From the human T2T-CHM13v2.0 reference genome, Homo sapiens: 64,000 nucleotides of DNA. The position numbers and the translations under genes were made by a program. The notes under the pieces were generated by a model. That model saw only the letters and a list, made by a program, of their open reading frames with translations. It had not been told where the DNA came from and did not search any database. Of this stretch, positions 26,751 through 40,770 are shown in pieces. The DNA is taken from assembly GCA_009914755.4 (NCBI GenBank), contig CP068257.2:22592001-22656000 (forward strand). Reading direction: 5' to 3'. Numbering within the stretch: position 1 is the stretch's first letter; the number at the start of each line of letters is the position of its first letter.

Positions 26751-28036
26751 TTTTTTAAGTTTTAGTTTCAGCAGTATATGTTTGTTACATAGGTAAACTC
26801 CTGTCATGGGGGTTAGTTGTACAGGTTATTTTATCATCCAGGCATAAAGCCCAGTACCCAGTAGTTATCTTTTCTGCTCCTCTCCCTCCTGTCACCCTCC
26901 ACTCTCAAGTAGACCCCAGTTTCTGTTGTTCTCTTCTTTGCATTAATGACTTCTCATCATTTAGATTGCACTTGTAAGTGAGAACAGGACGTATGTGGTT
27001 TTCTACTCCTGTGTTAGTTTGCTAAGGATAACCACCTCCATCTCCATCCATGTTCCCACAAAAGACATGATCTCCTTTTTTATGGCTGCATATTATTCCA
27101 TGGTATATATGTACCACATTTTCTTTATCCAATCTGTCATTGATGGACATTTAGGTTGTTTCCACATCATTGCCGTTGTAAATACTGCTGCAGTGAATAT
27201 TCGTGTGTATGTCTTTATGGTAGAATGATTTATATTCCTCTGGGTATATTTCCAAGTAATGGGATGGTTGGGTCAAATGGTAATTCTGCTTTTAGCTTTT
27301 TGAGGAATTGCCATATTGTCTTTCACAACGGTTGAACTAATTTATACTCCCAAGAGTGTATAAGTTGTTCCTTTTTCTCTGCAACCTCGACATCACCTGT
27401 TATTTATGACTTTTATATAATAGCCATTCTGCTGGTCTGAGATGGTATCTCATTATGATTTTGATTTGCATTTCTCTAATGCTCAGTGATATTGAGCTTG
27501 GCTGCATATATGTCTTCTTTTAAAAATATCTGTTCATGTCCTTTGCCTAATTTATAACGGGGTTGTTTGTTTTTCTCTTGTAAATTTGTTTAAGTTCCTT
27601 ATAGATTCTAGGTATTAAACCTTTTTTCAGAGGCGTGGCTTGCAAATATTTTCTCCCATTCTATAGGTTGTCTGTTTATTCTGTTGATAGTTTCCCTTGC
27701 TGTGCAGAAGCTCTTAACTTTAATTAGATCCGACTTGTCAATTTTTGCTTTGGTCGCAATTGCTTTTGATGTTATTGTCGTGAAATCTTTGCTAGTTCTT
27801 AGGTCCAGGATGATATTGCCCAAGTTGTCTTCCAGGGCTTTTATAATTTTGGATTTTACATTTAAGTCTTAATATATTTATTAAATTTGTTAGGGTTTCA
27901 GGATACAAGGACAATATAGCAGCAAACAATGTAAAAGTAAAATCTGAAAAATAATAGAAAACAGTTTAATTGAACACTTTACCATTATGTAATGCCCTTC
28001 TTTGTCTTTCCTGATCTTTGTTGGTTTGAAGTTCAA
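26751..28036 (-). mobile_element. Younger L1 (L1PA-like) 3'UTR plus ORF2 fragment, antisense, nested in the older minus-strand L1. It has an internal deletion that joins the ORF2 C-terminal region to the ORF2 start region.
   Basis: ttttttaagttttagtttcagcagtatatgtttgttacataggtaaactcctgtcatgggggttagttgtacaggttattttatcatccaggcataaagcccagtacccagtag...gtgagaacaggacgtatgtggttttctactcctgtgttagtttgctaaggataaccacctccatctccatccatgttcccacaaaagacatgatctccttttttatggctgcatattattccatggtatatatgtaccacattttctttatccaatctgtcattgatggacatttaggttgtttcc... is the reverse complement of the L1PA 3' end. It ends with ...ctttaccattatgtaatgcccttctttgtctttcctgatctttgttggtttgaagttc, the antisense of the ORF2 start region. 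Confidence 0.75.
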
Positions 28037-29400
28037 AAAAGACAAACTTAATGGTACAATAGGTATTGTAGATTTCAGGACTTTCTGTATAAAATATTTT
28101 GTATATATGAATAGATCATTTTTTATTTCCAGTCTTTAAACATTTTCTTAACATTTTCTTCTATTGCTTCACTTCACTCGCTAGGACCATCAGGACAGTG
28201 TTGAACAGAAATTGTCAGACTGATCATCACAACTTTTTCTAGATTTTAGAAGGAAATTTTTCTTTATTTCAACATAAAGCAGCATGTTAATGCCAAGTTT
28301 TAATATGTGTTATCAGATTGAAATTTTTTTGTATATTTCTACATTACCAAGAATTTTTAGCAAGAGTTTTTGTTGAGTTTTAATTTAAAAATCATTTGTT
28401 AATTTCATCTGATTTTTTTATTTCTCTTTTTACCTTAAGAGATTAAACTGACTACAGATTGAATATAAACAAACAAACAAACAAACAAAAACTCTAAAAT
28501 GCTGTGGATCAACACCACTTAGTAATTTGTATACTTGGATTCAATTTGCTGAAATTTTGTTAGACATTTTTGCGTCGATATTTATGAGGGATGTTGATCT
28601 GTAAAAGTATTAAAATGCCTTTGACAGATTTTGATAGCAGTGTTATTCTGGCCTAATAAATCAAACTGAGGTATGATCCTTCCTTTTCTATTTCTTAATA
28701 GCATTTTTAAAATTGGTGGTTTTTTCCTTCCTTAGTGAAATTTACCAGCAAAGTAACAGGCCTTATATTTCTCTTGTGGAAATATTTTAATTTCAAATTA
28801 ATGGTATTTTGTTCTTGTAGGGTGGTAATTTTCTCTGTGTTTGGTCTTAATGGACTCTTAGCTGATCACCCAGTTACTCAGCGAGGTCTCTTCACTCTGG
28901 AAGAGCTGGAACTCCAGTGTGTTTTAGTGCAGCATGACCACGGGTATTACCGTTCAACATTTAGGCTTTATCAGTGATAACTATTTGTCCTCATGGAGTT
29001 TTTGCCGCTGGGCCTACACAGTTTAGGCTTCAGCTTAGAACACATAATGAATTCTTATGCAGATTTCTGCCCACCTTTGACCTTTCATGATTTCCTCTTC
29101 TTGGGTAAGCTGCCTTATTAATCTGATACACTTCAGCAGTCCAGAACTACACTCTTTCCCTTCTCTGCTCTTGGAGATGACTCTTTTGTCTGAGATTCAC
29201 TTTGCTGTGCTGAAAAAGAAAAGTGCTTCAAGGAAGATACCAAGGAAAATCACAGGGCTCATTTATGTATTTCTCTTCTTTCAAGGACTACAGCTTTGTG
29301 TTGCCTATGTTCAATTTCTGAAAATAATTAGAGCATATATACTCTGTGTGAGAAGGCAAATCCAGACAGTTAGTTTGTATGACTAGAAGCAGAAGTCTAC
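28037..29400 (-). mobile_element. Probable continuation of the older minus-strand L1 (more 5' internal region), heavily decayed
   Basis: Motifs such as ...ttgcttcacttcactcgctaggaccatcaggacagtgttgaacagaaattgtcagac... and ...catttgttaatttcatctgatttttttatttc... resemble antisense L1 internal sequence. The call is weak. Confidence 0.35.
28466..28489. repeat. (CAAA)n tetranucleotide repeat
   Basis: aaacaaacaaacaaacaaacaaaa. Confidence 0.8.
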
Positions 29401-30637
29401 ATGGAGAATTTTACTTAACTGTGTTATAGTTTCTTTAATTATTTCAAGAGTATGTTTAATGTTCCACAGATCTCATTCTATAAATCTTTATCATCTTAGA
29501 GCTCTGATACTATTTAGAATTACTATTCCTTCAAATAAGAGATTAGAAACAGGGTTATATTTGGGGTAGGTTGACTTACTTTTCTGGGAACCAAAGCATA
29601 TTAAATTGACCAGTTTTAACACACTTCTATGTATGCACAAAGATATATATTTACATTCTGCAAAATCATTCTTTCCTTTTTGAATTTGAAAAGGATCTTT
29701 GGTATACAGATATTCAATAGCCAGCCTGAAGATTCATTTGAATTCATTTAATGTTTAGATTCACTACATGAAATGATCCAGAAGAGAGTACTCAAATATA
29801 AGTATCTATAACGATGGAAATATACATCTCCACTGCCCAAGATGGTAGTCATGAGTCAATATTGATCATGTGAGACGTGGCAAGTGTTACTCAGGGTCTC
29901 AATATTTAAATGTATTAAGCTTTAATTAATGTAAATTTGAATTTAGCAAAACATGTATAGCTTGTGGTTACTGTTTTATTCAGTGCCAATATAGAACATT
30001 TCCATGATTACAGAAAGTTATCTTAGAATACTCAGTTCTGGACTATTTTATCTGGCTAAATTAAATGTTAAAATATTACAAATTCATCTTCAGGCTGGCT
30101 GTTGAATATTTTTATAGCAAAAGTCATTTATAAATTTAAAACTCAAATAATTATCTTTTTCAATATGTAAAATATGTCTTTACATATTCTACTCCCTTCT
30201 TACATACATATTCTGATGTAACATAGGTATTCTCTTATTCATGCACACTGAAATGACAACATAAATAATTTTACTAAGTGTCACCATATAAAAAACTTTG
30301 AACAAAATCAGATTATATCACTGTGGATATTTCTATTTTGAACTAACTTAGATGATAATTTTAATCTATATCCTAGATGAACTTTAAATCAATAAAATCT
30401 CTCAATGGTGTTATAAATCTCAAGCCATTAGCCACTGATTATCCCATTTTTATTCTTTTCATATTAATTTTATTGCCATGTATGAATGCTGTAGCATCCA
30501 TGTTTAAATACTAGATAACAAAATGCACTGGCATCAGATACAATAAGGATGAAATGAGATATAATTAGGACTCTGGTAACACACATAAAATTGGAAAGAT
30601 ACCCTGAAATTCAAGCCAAGAAGATATTTATCCAGCT

Positions 30638-30925
30638 TATTTTATTTTGAGACAGAGTCTTGCTCTCTCACTCAGGCTGGAGTGCAGTGGACCATTCTAG
30701 GCTCGCTCCAACCTCTGTCTCCCAAATTGAAGTAATTCTCGTGCCTCAATCTCCCGAGTAGCTGGGATTACAGGCATGTGTCACCAAGCCTGGCTGATTT
30801 TTGTAGTTTTAGTAGAGACGGGGTTTCACCATGATGGCCAGGCTGGTCTTGAACTCCTGGCCTCAAGTGACTGGAACACCTCGGCCTCCTAAAGTGCTGG
30901 GATTACAGACGAGAGCCACTGAACA
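30638..30925 (-). mobile_element. Alu (AluS/J-like), minus orientation
   Basis: ttattttattttgagacagagtcttgctctctcactcaggctggagtgcagtggaccattctaggctcgctccaacctctgtctcccaaattgaagtaattctcgtgcctcaatctcccgagtagctgggattacaggcatgtgtcaccaagcctggctgatttttgtagttttagtagagacggggtttcaccatgatggccaggctggtcttgaactcctggcctcaagtgactggaacacctcggcctcctaaagtgctgggattacagacgagagccactgaacag. Confidence 0.9.
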
Positions 30926-32903
30926 GCTTTGATCCAACTTATTTGGATGAATGAGTTACATATTTTACATTAAATCTGTTATTGTGATAATTCTTCATGT
31001 TATTTTCCATGTATAGATTTATATATAATGTAATTTTAATTTTTTTTCACCGGAGAGTATAAACAACAATTATTTTATAAACAGGATAATAAAAATAAGA
31101 CAAAAATTGTTGAAATGTCTTCATTTGACTACTAACTTTTTACATGTTTGTTACTTTGAAGCTGTTATCAATACTTGTGATGTATTACAATTAAGTAAAG
31201 ATTTAAAGATGCCATTTTTAACTTATTATGACACAAAGTCTATAAATTCTTATATTTTGAGATTTGTATTTAAATAACTTGTGAAATTTAATTTTAAAAT
31301 AAAATTTCTTCTATGGATTGGTCTTCAATCGAGGCATAAAAAGGAATATAACAGTGTGGCACTATAACTTCTATATTGAATTTCTATATTATTTAACACA
31401 ATTATAATTTTGCTAATGAATTGTAATGTTTTTAAAAAGCTAGGTGAATTTTATTAAATTCATTACATGGCGATAACACAGAGAAAACATTTTGGGGATT
31501 CTTTTAAAATGGTATGTACAAAAGCTTAAAAGTTGTTATGTAGTGGCAGAGATAAAAAAGTAAAACAAAAAAAAGCTTAAAAGTTTGCTTTACTATTTAT
31601 AGGCTCATAAGTGTAAGTGTGCCAGAAAATGAAAAAGAAAGGAGAGAAATTATAAATAACTGTGTGGAAAACACAGATAAAGCATAAAGATAGAATATAA
31701 AGATAGAAGCATTTTAATATGAGGCAGTGATGGCTTTTTGAAGAATCCCAACTAAGGACCTACTTTTAGTTAATAAATAATATGTTTCTAATCCCTATAT
31801 TGTCCACAGCAACCTTTTTAGGACATGGAGCAGTGACTATGAGTGCCAGAAGGCAAGAGTAGAAGCAATTGTAAAATCATGAACACTAGTTTGTAAAATC
31901 CTCACTGAGATATAATATCTGTTTGCCTCTACCTTAGAATTATTAATGTCTTGAGGGCTGGGACTATGTCTGTTTCCCTCATACACAGCACTAATCCTGG
32001 ATGGTCAGTCTAGATGCTTAAGAAATATCTGTTGAATTGACTGACCTGAACAATGGTAATAAAAAGTGGCAGAAAGTTTACTGTTAGAATTTAAGTACAA
32101 GACTGGTGGTAACAAAATCAAAAACAAAAACCAACAAACAAAAGCTCAACAACAGCAGTAGCTAACTCAACAGAAACAATTGGACAAAAGCTGCACCACT
32201 AGTTGTGATAAAAGAATCAAGACTGTTAGTGATAATGGCAGATTATCACCGCACTGTGATACTGTTGGCTGCACTGTGTATTAAAACATCCATAGTAATT
32301 TAATGTCAGTGGAGTGAGTGGCACCAGATGTGATCAGTGCAAATGGAGGCATTGGCCACAGTACAGTTGCATTAAAAATAATCTAAACAGGACCAGCATC
32401 AAGGGTCATACAACAGTGAAGCACTAGACTAGAAGAGAGGGTATTAAAGACTCAAGTGATGTTGGATTGGAGACATCCTAGATGTCATGGTTTAAAGGCA
32501 CAAGGCAAATTTTGAAGAAGGAAGTAGTAGGGGGAAGACACTGAATCAGAAGATATATTTAGGTAATATTATTAAATATAAAGTTATATTTATAAGATGT
32601 AATATGTAATATATTATGTTTATATATTAAATCAATATATGATGCATATTATATATATTAACATTTCATATAATATAATGTATATGTGATATAACATAAA
32701 TATATTATAATATATGTATAGTATATGTTTGCCTGTATCTTAGAATTATAAATTTCCTCCCAGCATAAGAAAATAATTTACAGAAAAGTCTTTGCATTTT
32801 CCATACACATTAGAGAAGTTGAACTCCCTTAGCCAGTGTGATGCTAATTAGGTTCCCATAGATAATGCATATATTCTAAAATTATGTTTAAGAAACATCT
32901 TTT

Positions 32904-33233
<330 letters not shown>

Positions 33234-33289
33234 AACACCTTTCATTTATTCCAAGATGTTGAAAAGAAACTTAAGCCTTTCTCTGTGAA

Positions 33290-33950
33290 TTCATCTATTT
33301 GCTCACGTTATGTTTGTTATTATTTTTTACCGACTTTACTTTTTAGAGGTGTTTTAGGTCACAGCAAAATTGAGAGAAAGGTACAGAGATTTCTTATATA
33401 CCGTCTAACCCCACCTCCCACACATATGCATAGCCTCCACTATTATGCATATGCATCACCAAAGTGGCACATTAGCTGCAATTGATAAACTTACATTGAC
33501 ACATAGTAGTCACTACAAGTCCATAATTTACATTAGGGTTCACTCTTTGTGTTGTATATCATATGGGTTTGGACAAATGTATAATGATGTGCATGTACCA
33601 TTACAGTCTCAGATACTTTCACTGCCCTGAAAGTCCTCTGTGCTCTGCCTATTCATTTCTTTTCCAGTCTAATCCCTGGCAACCACCGATCTTTCCACTG
33701 TCTCTGTAGTTTTGCCTTTTCCAGAATGTGATATAGTTGGAATCATAACGTATACGGCCTTTTCAGATTATCTTATTTCACTTAGTAATATGCATTTAAG
33801 CTTCCTCTGTGTCTTTCATGGCTTGATAGTTCATTTGTTTTTAGTGCTGAATGATATTTTATTGTCTGAATATACCACAGTTAACTTATGTATTCACCTC
33901 CTGAAGGGGATTTGGATATTTTTGATTGATGCGTAAGCTGTACATATTTG
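33290..33950 (-). mobile_element. 3' end of an ancient L1 (L1M-type), antisense
   Basis: ...cccacacatatgcatagcctccactattatgcatatgcatcacc...ctaatccctggcaaccaccgatctttccactgtctctgtagttttgccttttccagaatgtgatatagttggaatcataacgtatacggccttttcagattatcttatttcacttagtaatatgcatttaagcttcctctgtgtctttcatggcttgatagttcatttgtttttagtgctgaatgatattttattgtctgaatataccacagtt matches the reverse complement of the L1M 3' region (...cccctggcaaccac...ttatttcacttagcataatg...). Confidence 0.6.
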
Positions 33951-34051
33951 GGGGGTTACATTGTTAAATGTGTAGAATATGTTCAAAATAATAAGGTCAA
34001 TGCCAATAATATTTTGAGGATCTAAGTAATGGGATAGACAGAACATAGCAT

Positions 34052-34090
34052 CGTGTGTGTGTGTGTGCGCGTGTGTGTGTGCATGTATTT
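34052..34090. repeat. Imperfect (GT)n microsatellite
   Basis: gtgtgtgtgtgtgtgcgcgtgtgtgtgtgcatgt. Confidence 0.75.
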
Positions 34091-37000
34091 ATGCAGCCTA
34101 AAACTAGTAGAATCGAGGTCATGCAATTATTATAAGTTATTTGTAGAAACGTGCAAGTGATAATGTTAAAAGTTAAAATTATCTAAATATACATGTATAT
34201 CATCCATAGAGAAGAATATTAACATCTCCTTTTTTGCAAAGATCTTACAGTTCAAAGGTACCACCGTTAAGAGTCTTGAACTATTGCTACCACCAAAATT
34301 AATTGCCTATTCATTTCTGTTGCATTAAATGTCTCCTGTTAACATTAACCTGATTCTGTCACCAACATTTTACATATTTATTTAAATACACCTGAGGAAA
34401 TATGCTGAATGTAATTTAGGGTCATGTGGCATAGGATATTCATTTATTTATTTTTCCCCCATAGTAAATCCTAAAGAAACAATTACTGGGTGGGTTATGT
34501 TTAAACTAAGTATAATAAATGTGCAAATTTCAAATGTTATGAAAGCTGAAAGCAAAGCTTCTATATTGTGGTAATAGCTCTAATGTGCCAGAATGACACA
34601 TGGAATATTGTGACAGAGTATAGAGCTGGCAGGTAATACAATTTCTCAAAGAATTTAGGTTACAAAGCCCTCTGCAAATCACGTATAAGTACTTAGTTCG
34701 GAATAATATTTATTCTGAATCAATATTTAAGCGATAAAATAAAACATTAATACACAAAGAGAGGTTAGGTAGTATTTTCACGTGAACAGTTAATGATCTT
34801 GGTACCCTCATGGCTTGGAGAAACGTCAAGCCCCAGAAATGTAATTATTTAATAATGACAAAGAAACTTTTAAAAATATGTTTTATTAAAAAAATCACAA
34901 GTTGAGTTACAGAAAGTTTAATGGATAATTAGACCCCATAACCTTTTCTGATATAGCCTACCTTAGGCATATACTCAAGTCTTTTGGAGAAAAGATTATA
35001 AACAAAAAGGCAAGTAATTTTTTCAACAGTTGCTCTTATTTTCCACCACCCTAAGCCCTTGGTCTGCGTGGAAAGGAGCTCATGTTTAGTTGCTGTTTGC
35101 TCTTTTCTTGGCTTTTCCTAGCAAAATAAGCTGTAATTTATGAAATCATTATAAAGTAATACAAATCTAAGAAATCATGATAGTTTGATCAGATCATTAG
35201 CTGAAGTATCAGAAGATAATTTATATCCCTGATATGGCCTCATATGCTTAAAAAGAAGAGAACCTGAATTATATGAATCTGGAGGTTAATTATTGGTTTC
35301 TGGGTGCATCACAAGGAAAGATTTGCTGAGGGTGAGAGGATATTGAGTAGTGACACTTTGATAGTGACACTGTGGATATTCAACATGTTCTTCAATGTTA
35401 AGTAGAATGTATTTTAACAACTTAAGGGTTTTTTGTTAACTTTTATTTTAGATTAATTTAAGTGAATATCCAAAAATGTTATTTCCCAATTCATCAACAG
35501 TAACTTAAGTATTTGGTAAAAGGAAATAACAGTAGAAAGATACTTGAATTGGCTATCAGAAGTCCTAGGTGCAAGTTAGTTGGCTCAGCTAACTCATACA
35601 CACTTTACTGAATTCACACTCCCAAAGTGCCTATATATAATTTCAGTAACTCTAGGTCTTCCGTGGCTTCATGGTCTGTGGCAAAACAAAAATTGCAGGG
35701 ACAATATAAATTTGGTAAATAGTATGTGAAAGGTTATATAGCCCCAAACTAGTTTATTAAACTAGTGTAAATCAGAATAGAGAAGAAATAGAGGATGAGA
35801 GAAAGTGAAGACAATTCTTGATTTAAAATATTATATTAATCTTACATTAGAAATTTCCCATCCTCCAGATTTTCCTCCACAGCTGTACTGCTTATACTCT
35901 TAATAGGATTCAGAACAGTTTTGTTTGTTTGTTGTTTGTTTTTTATTAGGGAATGTTTAACCCAGATATGAACTCAACTCACCCTATCATTTGAGATTAA
36001 ATGGAATTTGGATTTAACTCCCATCCCACATGCATTGGGTCTTATCAACAAATCTTTCAATCTTGCAGGAGTCTGGGGTATAGTTATATTTCCCCTATTT
36101 ACCTCTGACTTTGGATTCAAGAATAAGGAGACATAGAGCTTACTTGAACTTAACCTATCAGACACAACCCACTTAGCTCAACTTACACGTAGCCCTCAAG
36201 TAACACATTCAAGTAATCTGTGTTTGTTGTCATTTTCTAAGTTTTGGTGCCATTTCTTGCCACAGCAAAAAGTAAGAGAAAGTGAAACATTAAAAGCAGT
36301 GGAAATGCAGAAGTGCTTCTACTGGATATTTGTCTGGAAATATGTATAAATAATCAGAAAATCTAGATAGGGCTAAACAATTCATGGATAAAATCCAGAG
36401 AAATATTTGCTTTAGTACTCGGGTGTGTGTGAACATTAAAACCTAAAATGAAAGCAGTCCTCCAGTTGAGACAAACAACAGCAACAACAAAGAAAACCCC
36501 TCTGAGTACAGAGAGGAAGTTTCTAGATCTTTCTTCTAGACATTGCCTTGCCTACTGAGCATCATGACCCAAGCCAATCAGTGCACACTGATTGGTTAAT
36601 CAAATACACTCAATAATTTTGTTTGTAATCTGAGAAGAATACCATATACATATAAAATGTTATAATCTCTCTTTTCTATTCTGTGAAATTGGGATAATAT
36701 TATTAGCCTCATGGCTTTTGTAATGATCCAATAAGTTAATATTCCTATAACAGAATAAAATGTTAAAACATTTGTAATTGCTTTTTTTTGAAGCAAAGTA
36801 GAACCATCAGTTCCTCACTCCCCATCTGCTTCTGCATCTCTTTCATCTCAACTAATGGCTATTCCTTCGTTCAAATTTCTCATGCCAAAATGGTGGCTGT
36901 CATCCTGGACTATTTTTTTTCTAGTCCACCTCTTGTCACAGGTCTATTGTCCTAACTCCACTTTCAATATATTCTCAGAATCACATCACTTCTTACAACT

Positions 37001-37597
37001 TCATAGCCACCAATCTGTTCTAAGCCACTGGCATCCCTCACCTAGGTTAACAAAATAGCCTCCTAACTGTTCTCCCTACTCCTTCCTTTACCCTCCTTTG
37101 TCTACTCTCAAGGAAACAATCAAAGTCACTCCAGTTCTTTTCTGGAAATTTTCCTGCCATCAGTGTCCTATCTCTTTAAGTTAACAGCCAGAGTTTTGAC
37201 CACGTTCTCCATGTTTTGATCTGGCCTCTGTAACTTGTCTGACTTCATTTCCTACTTTTCTTCATCTCTTTCACTCCACTCACTGCCATAGGCTTCACTG
37301 CTTCTTAAACAAGCTAGGCATGCTCTCAGCTGAGAGCCCTTTGCAAACGCTGTTCACTTTGTCTGAAAGGCTGTTGCCGGCATATAGTCCCAAGACCTCT
37401 TCCCTTTCTTTATTTTCCTCCGAAGTCCCCTTCCCAGTGAGGCCTTTCTGAAACACCATACCTAAAAATTATTCACCGCCCACACACACATATGCATAGA
37501 CTGCAAGCTCCTTTCAGTTTTTATTTTTCTACTATGCACTTATCACTATCTACCAAAGAATATCAGTGTTCCTCAGAGAAACATAACCAGTAAGATA

Positions 37598-37672
37598 AAT
37601 AGGTAGATAGATGATTGATTGATTGATAGATGGATAGATAGATAGATGATAGACAGATGATAGAGAAAGAGA
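37598..37672. repeat. Imperfect (GATA)n/(GATT)n tetranucleotide repeat
   Basis: aataggtagatagatgattgattgattgatagatggatagatagatagatgatagacagatgatagag. Confidence 0.8.
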
Positions 37673-38734
37673 TAAATGTTTTAACGTCTCCTCCATATCT
37701 ATTATTTATTTTAAGAAATTTTCTCACGTGATTGTGAGAGGTGGCAAGTCTGAAATCCACAGAGCAGACTGAGAGGCTGAAAACTCAGACAGGAATTGAC
37801 GTTGTAATCTTGAGTCTGAAATGTAAAGGGCAGTCCGGCAGGCTGTATGTTCAATCATGATTTCAGTTGATTACAAGGTAATCAACTGATTGGATGAGAC
37901 CCATGTAATTTTCTTAAATTCAACTGATTGTAGATGTTAATCACATCTATAAAATAACTTCACAGAAAAAAAATCTTAACTAGTGTTTGAGCTAATAACT
38001 GGGCACCATAGCCTAGTCATAGTGACACATAAAATTTAACCATCGTACATAGTATATATTTTTCTTTTTTCAAACTCATATTTATTTTCTGTGTCTCTCA
38101 TTAAAAATCTATGTTCCATGAAGACAGGGGTTGTTGTCCGATTGTTTACTAAAGTTTTCTCACTGACCAGAACAGTGCCTGAGCACTCAGTAAATATTTG
38201 TTGACCTTATTAATGCACTTGGGTTGGATTGTTGAGAGATGCTTAAAACTGATTTGGAGACCTTTGGCCCATCACCCACATCAAAATTGTAAGAGGTTCA
38301 AGAGTCTAAAATAGAAGGGAGTGTCTTTGGTTGGGTTGGGGGGTAGTTTATAGTGTGCTGTGCAGCTGACTCTATTAGAAAGGATAAATCTCTGGTTAGC
38401 ACAGCAGCCCAGTTGCTGAGAAGCAAGTTGTGAGCAGTGGCAGTGGAAGAGACTCCAGGAAATAGAAATCAGAGGTTGTGAGGGGAAGGGAAATCTAAAC
38501 AAAATCAAAAACAGAAACAAAACCCTCGAAAGTGCCTATGGAAGAAAAGAATCAACTCCAATTGAGAGACGAGAAAGAAAGAAATCAGCTAGTTGATTTG
38601 CCAAGGGGAAGGTCCTTGGCAGAACTTCTCTTCTAACAAAAGGAAAGGAGCAGCGTAAAAGATCAAGCTGCAAGCATAGATAAGGGAAGCAAGACCCAGC
38701 ACCAAAGAGTGCCTTCTGTGTGATCAGCAAGTTT

Positions 38735-39430
38735 TATATACATACGGGGACCCCAGTGAGCACATTCTTATCTTTTTTTGGATATACTCAGATAAGGAGG
38801 CTTACACAGGAGGGCTTGCTTGGAACATGCCTGCAGCTGCACAGATAAGGAGAGTTACACTGGGACAGGCACATCCACAAGGGAAGATTCTGCCCGCTGC
38901 CCCCTAACACATGTGCAGTAAGGGAAATTGAGCAACATGGAGTAACTTAGGCTAAGATCCCCCATGTGCATTGGAAGGACTGGGTGGGGGCTGTCAGGAA
39001 TTTGCACCTTATGCAGATAACATACCCAGTCCTAACCGGGTTTTCTTGCCTTATGTAGATAAAGAATCCCCTCCCCACTAGCTCGTTTATAAAATTCTTG
39101 TATTTCACTGTAGGATGGCTACCCTTTTACGGGACCCCTCTCTATCTCAGAGAGCTTTCTCTCTTTCTTTCACTTATTAAACTTCTGTTCCAACTTCACC
39201 CTTGGTGTGTCCCTGTTCCTTGATTTCCTTGGTCGCAAGACCAAGAGCTTTGGGTAGTAGGCACCCCAGAAAACAAGGCCTGTTTCACAATCACACACCT
39301 TGTCCTGATACCAGATGACAGTAACACTTGCCAACAACAAATTCTCCTTGCCGGTAATTACCTGTTCCCTAGCTCAAATCCTGGAAGGTTAGGGAAACTC
39401 ATAAATGTTTGGATAAAGAGGAAGTATAGC
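38735..39430 (+). mobile_element. Probable endogenous-retrovirus LTR or LTR fragment (family not identified)
   Basis: Moderately GC-rich block with internal short repeats (cagataaggag x2; ttatgcagataacataccc / ttatgtagataaagaatccc). It contains an ATTAAA poly-A-like signal followed by ...cttattaaacttctgttccaacttcacccttggtgtgtccctgttccttgatttccttggtcgcaagaccaagagc, typical of an LTR R/U5 region. Boundaries, family and strand are uncertain. Confidence 0.35.
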
Positions 39431-39461
39431 TAGGATAGGGTTCAGAAATTAGCCATATCGT

Positions 39462-39839
<378 letters not shown>

Positions 39840-40750
39840 TTATGTAAGAATTTTAATTATTTTATTTTACATTAGAATGGATATTTTAATTACTGACATG
39901 GATTGTTTGGGACTTAAAATACCTGGAGGAATGTTTATTTGTCAAGAGTGATTGAGAATGTTTTTACACCAGCCAAAATGTTCATCTAATGGCTTTGTAG
40001 AAGTAATGAATCTTCAGGCTTGGTTTAAAGGGGTAGTGACAAAAAAGAAAAGTTGTTTAATGCTAACACCGTCTTAAATTTAGTTCATTTAGGAGAAGAA
40101 AACACATGTAAAGGCCGTAGGGTAGTGTTAAGCAGATATGAAGAATTTAGTAACTCTTAACTATTTTTCTCAGTACCATTAGGAATGGATGTTGACTTTT
40201 ATTTGATGTATAACCTTATGTCAAATGTCCGTTACTGAAAATAAACTAGACAGAAAGCACAGATCCATGAAACCTGTCTTTATATATTTATATTCCATCA
40301 TCTCTGACCCATAACAGATGCTCAGCTATTTTTTGAGAGGATGATAATAAGAGCAAACATGACTAGCTGCCAAAGTGAATGAAACAACCATAGGCATTCT
40401 AGAATCTCAAAAAGATGGAATTGGCTAGAACATGAGAGAGGATTTAGGGAGTAGGTAGGGCTAACTGATCATTAAAGAATTAGTAAACTGTGGCTAGAAA
40501 GAATGAGTTTAGTGGAGTAGGGTGAAGATGAGGAAGAGAGAGCAGGTAATATGAAAGAACACAGGCACAAAAGTTGTACTGTTTGCCATAGGCAGAGAAC
40601 TTTGATACATCTTACTCTGAATTTCTTGTAATCAAATTAGCTGTTCAGTGAATAGGGCTTTCATGTGTTTGCAATGGTCACTTTTTTTTTAATAGCATAA
40701 TGCTCTTATGTCCAATAATGGTCACTACTTCTGGTCATCACAGTCCATTT

Positions 40751-40770
40751 CTCTCTCTCTCTCTCTCTCT
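40751..40770. repeat. (CT)10 dinucleotide repeat immediately 5' of the Alu tail
   Basis: ctctctctctctctctctct. Confidence 0.9.

Noticed and set aside
26751-28130. Possible TSD for the nested minus-strand young L1 (…gtatgtcatttttta at ~26744 vs …gatcattttttatttcc at ~28118)
   Set aside because: The match is short and T-rich, and the 5' boundary of the element is blurred by the internal deletion. It is too weak to assert.
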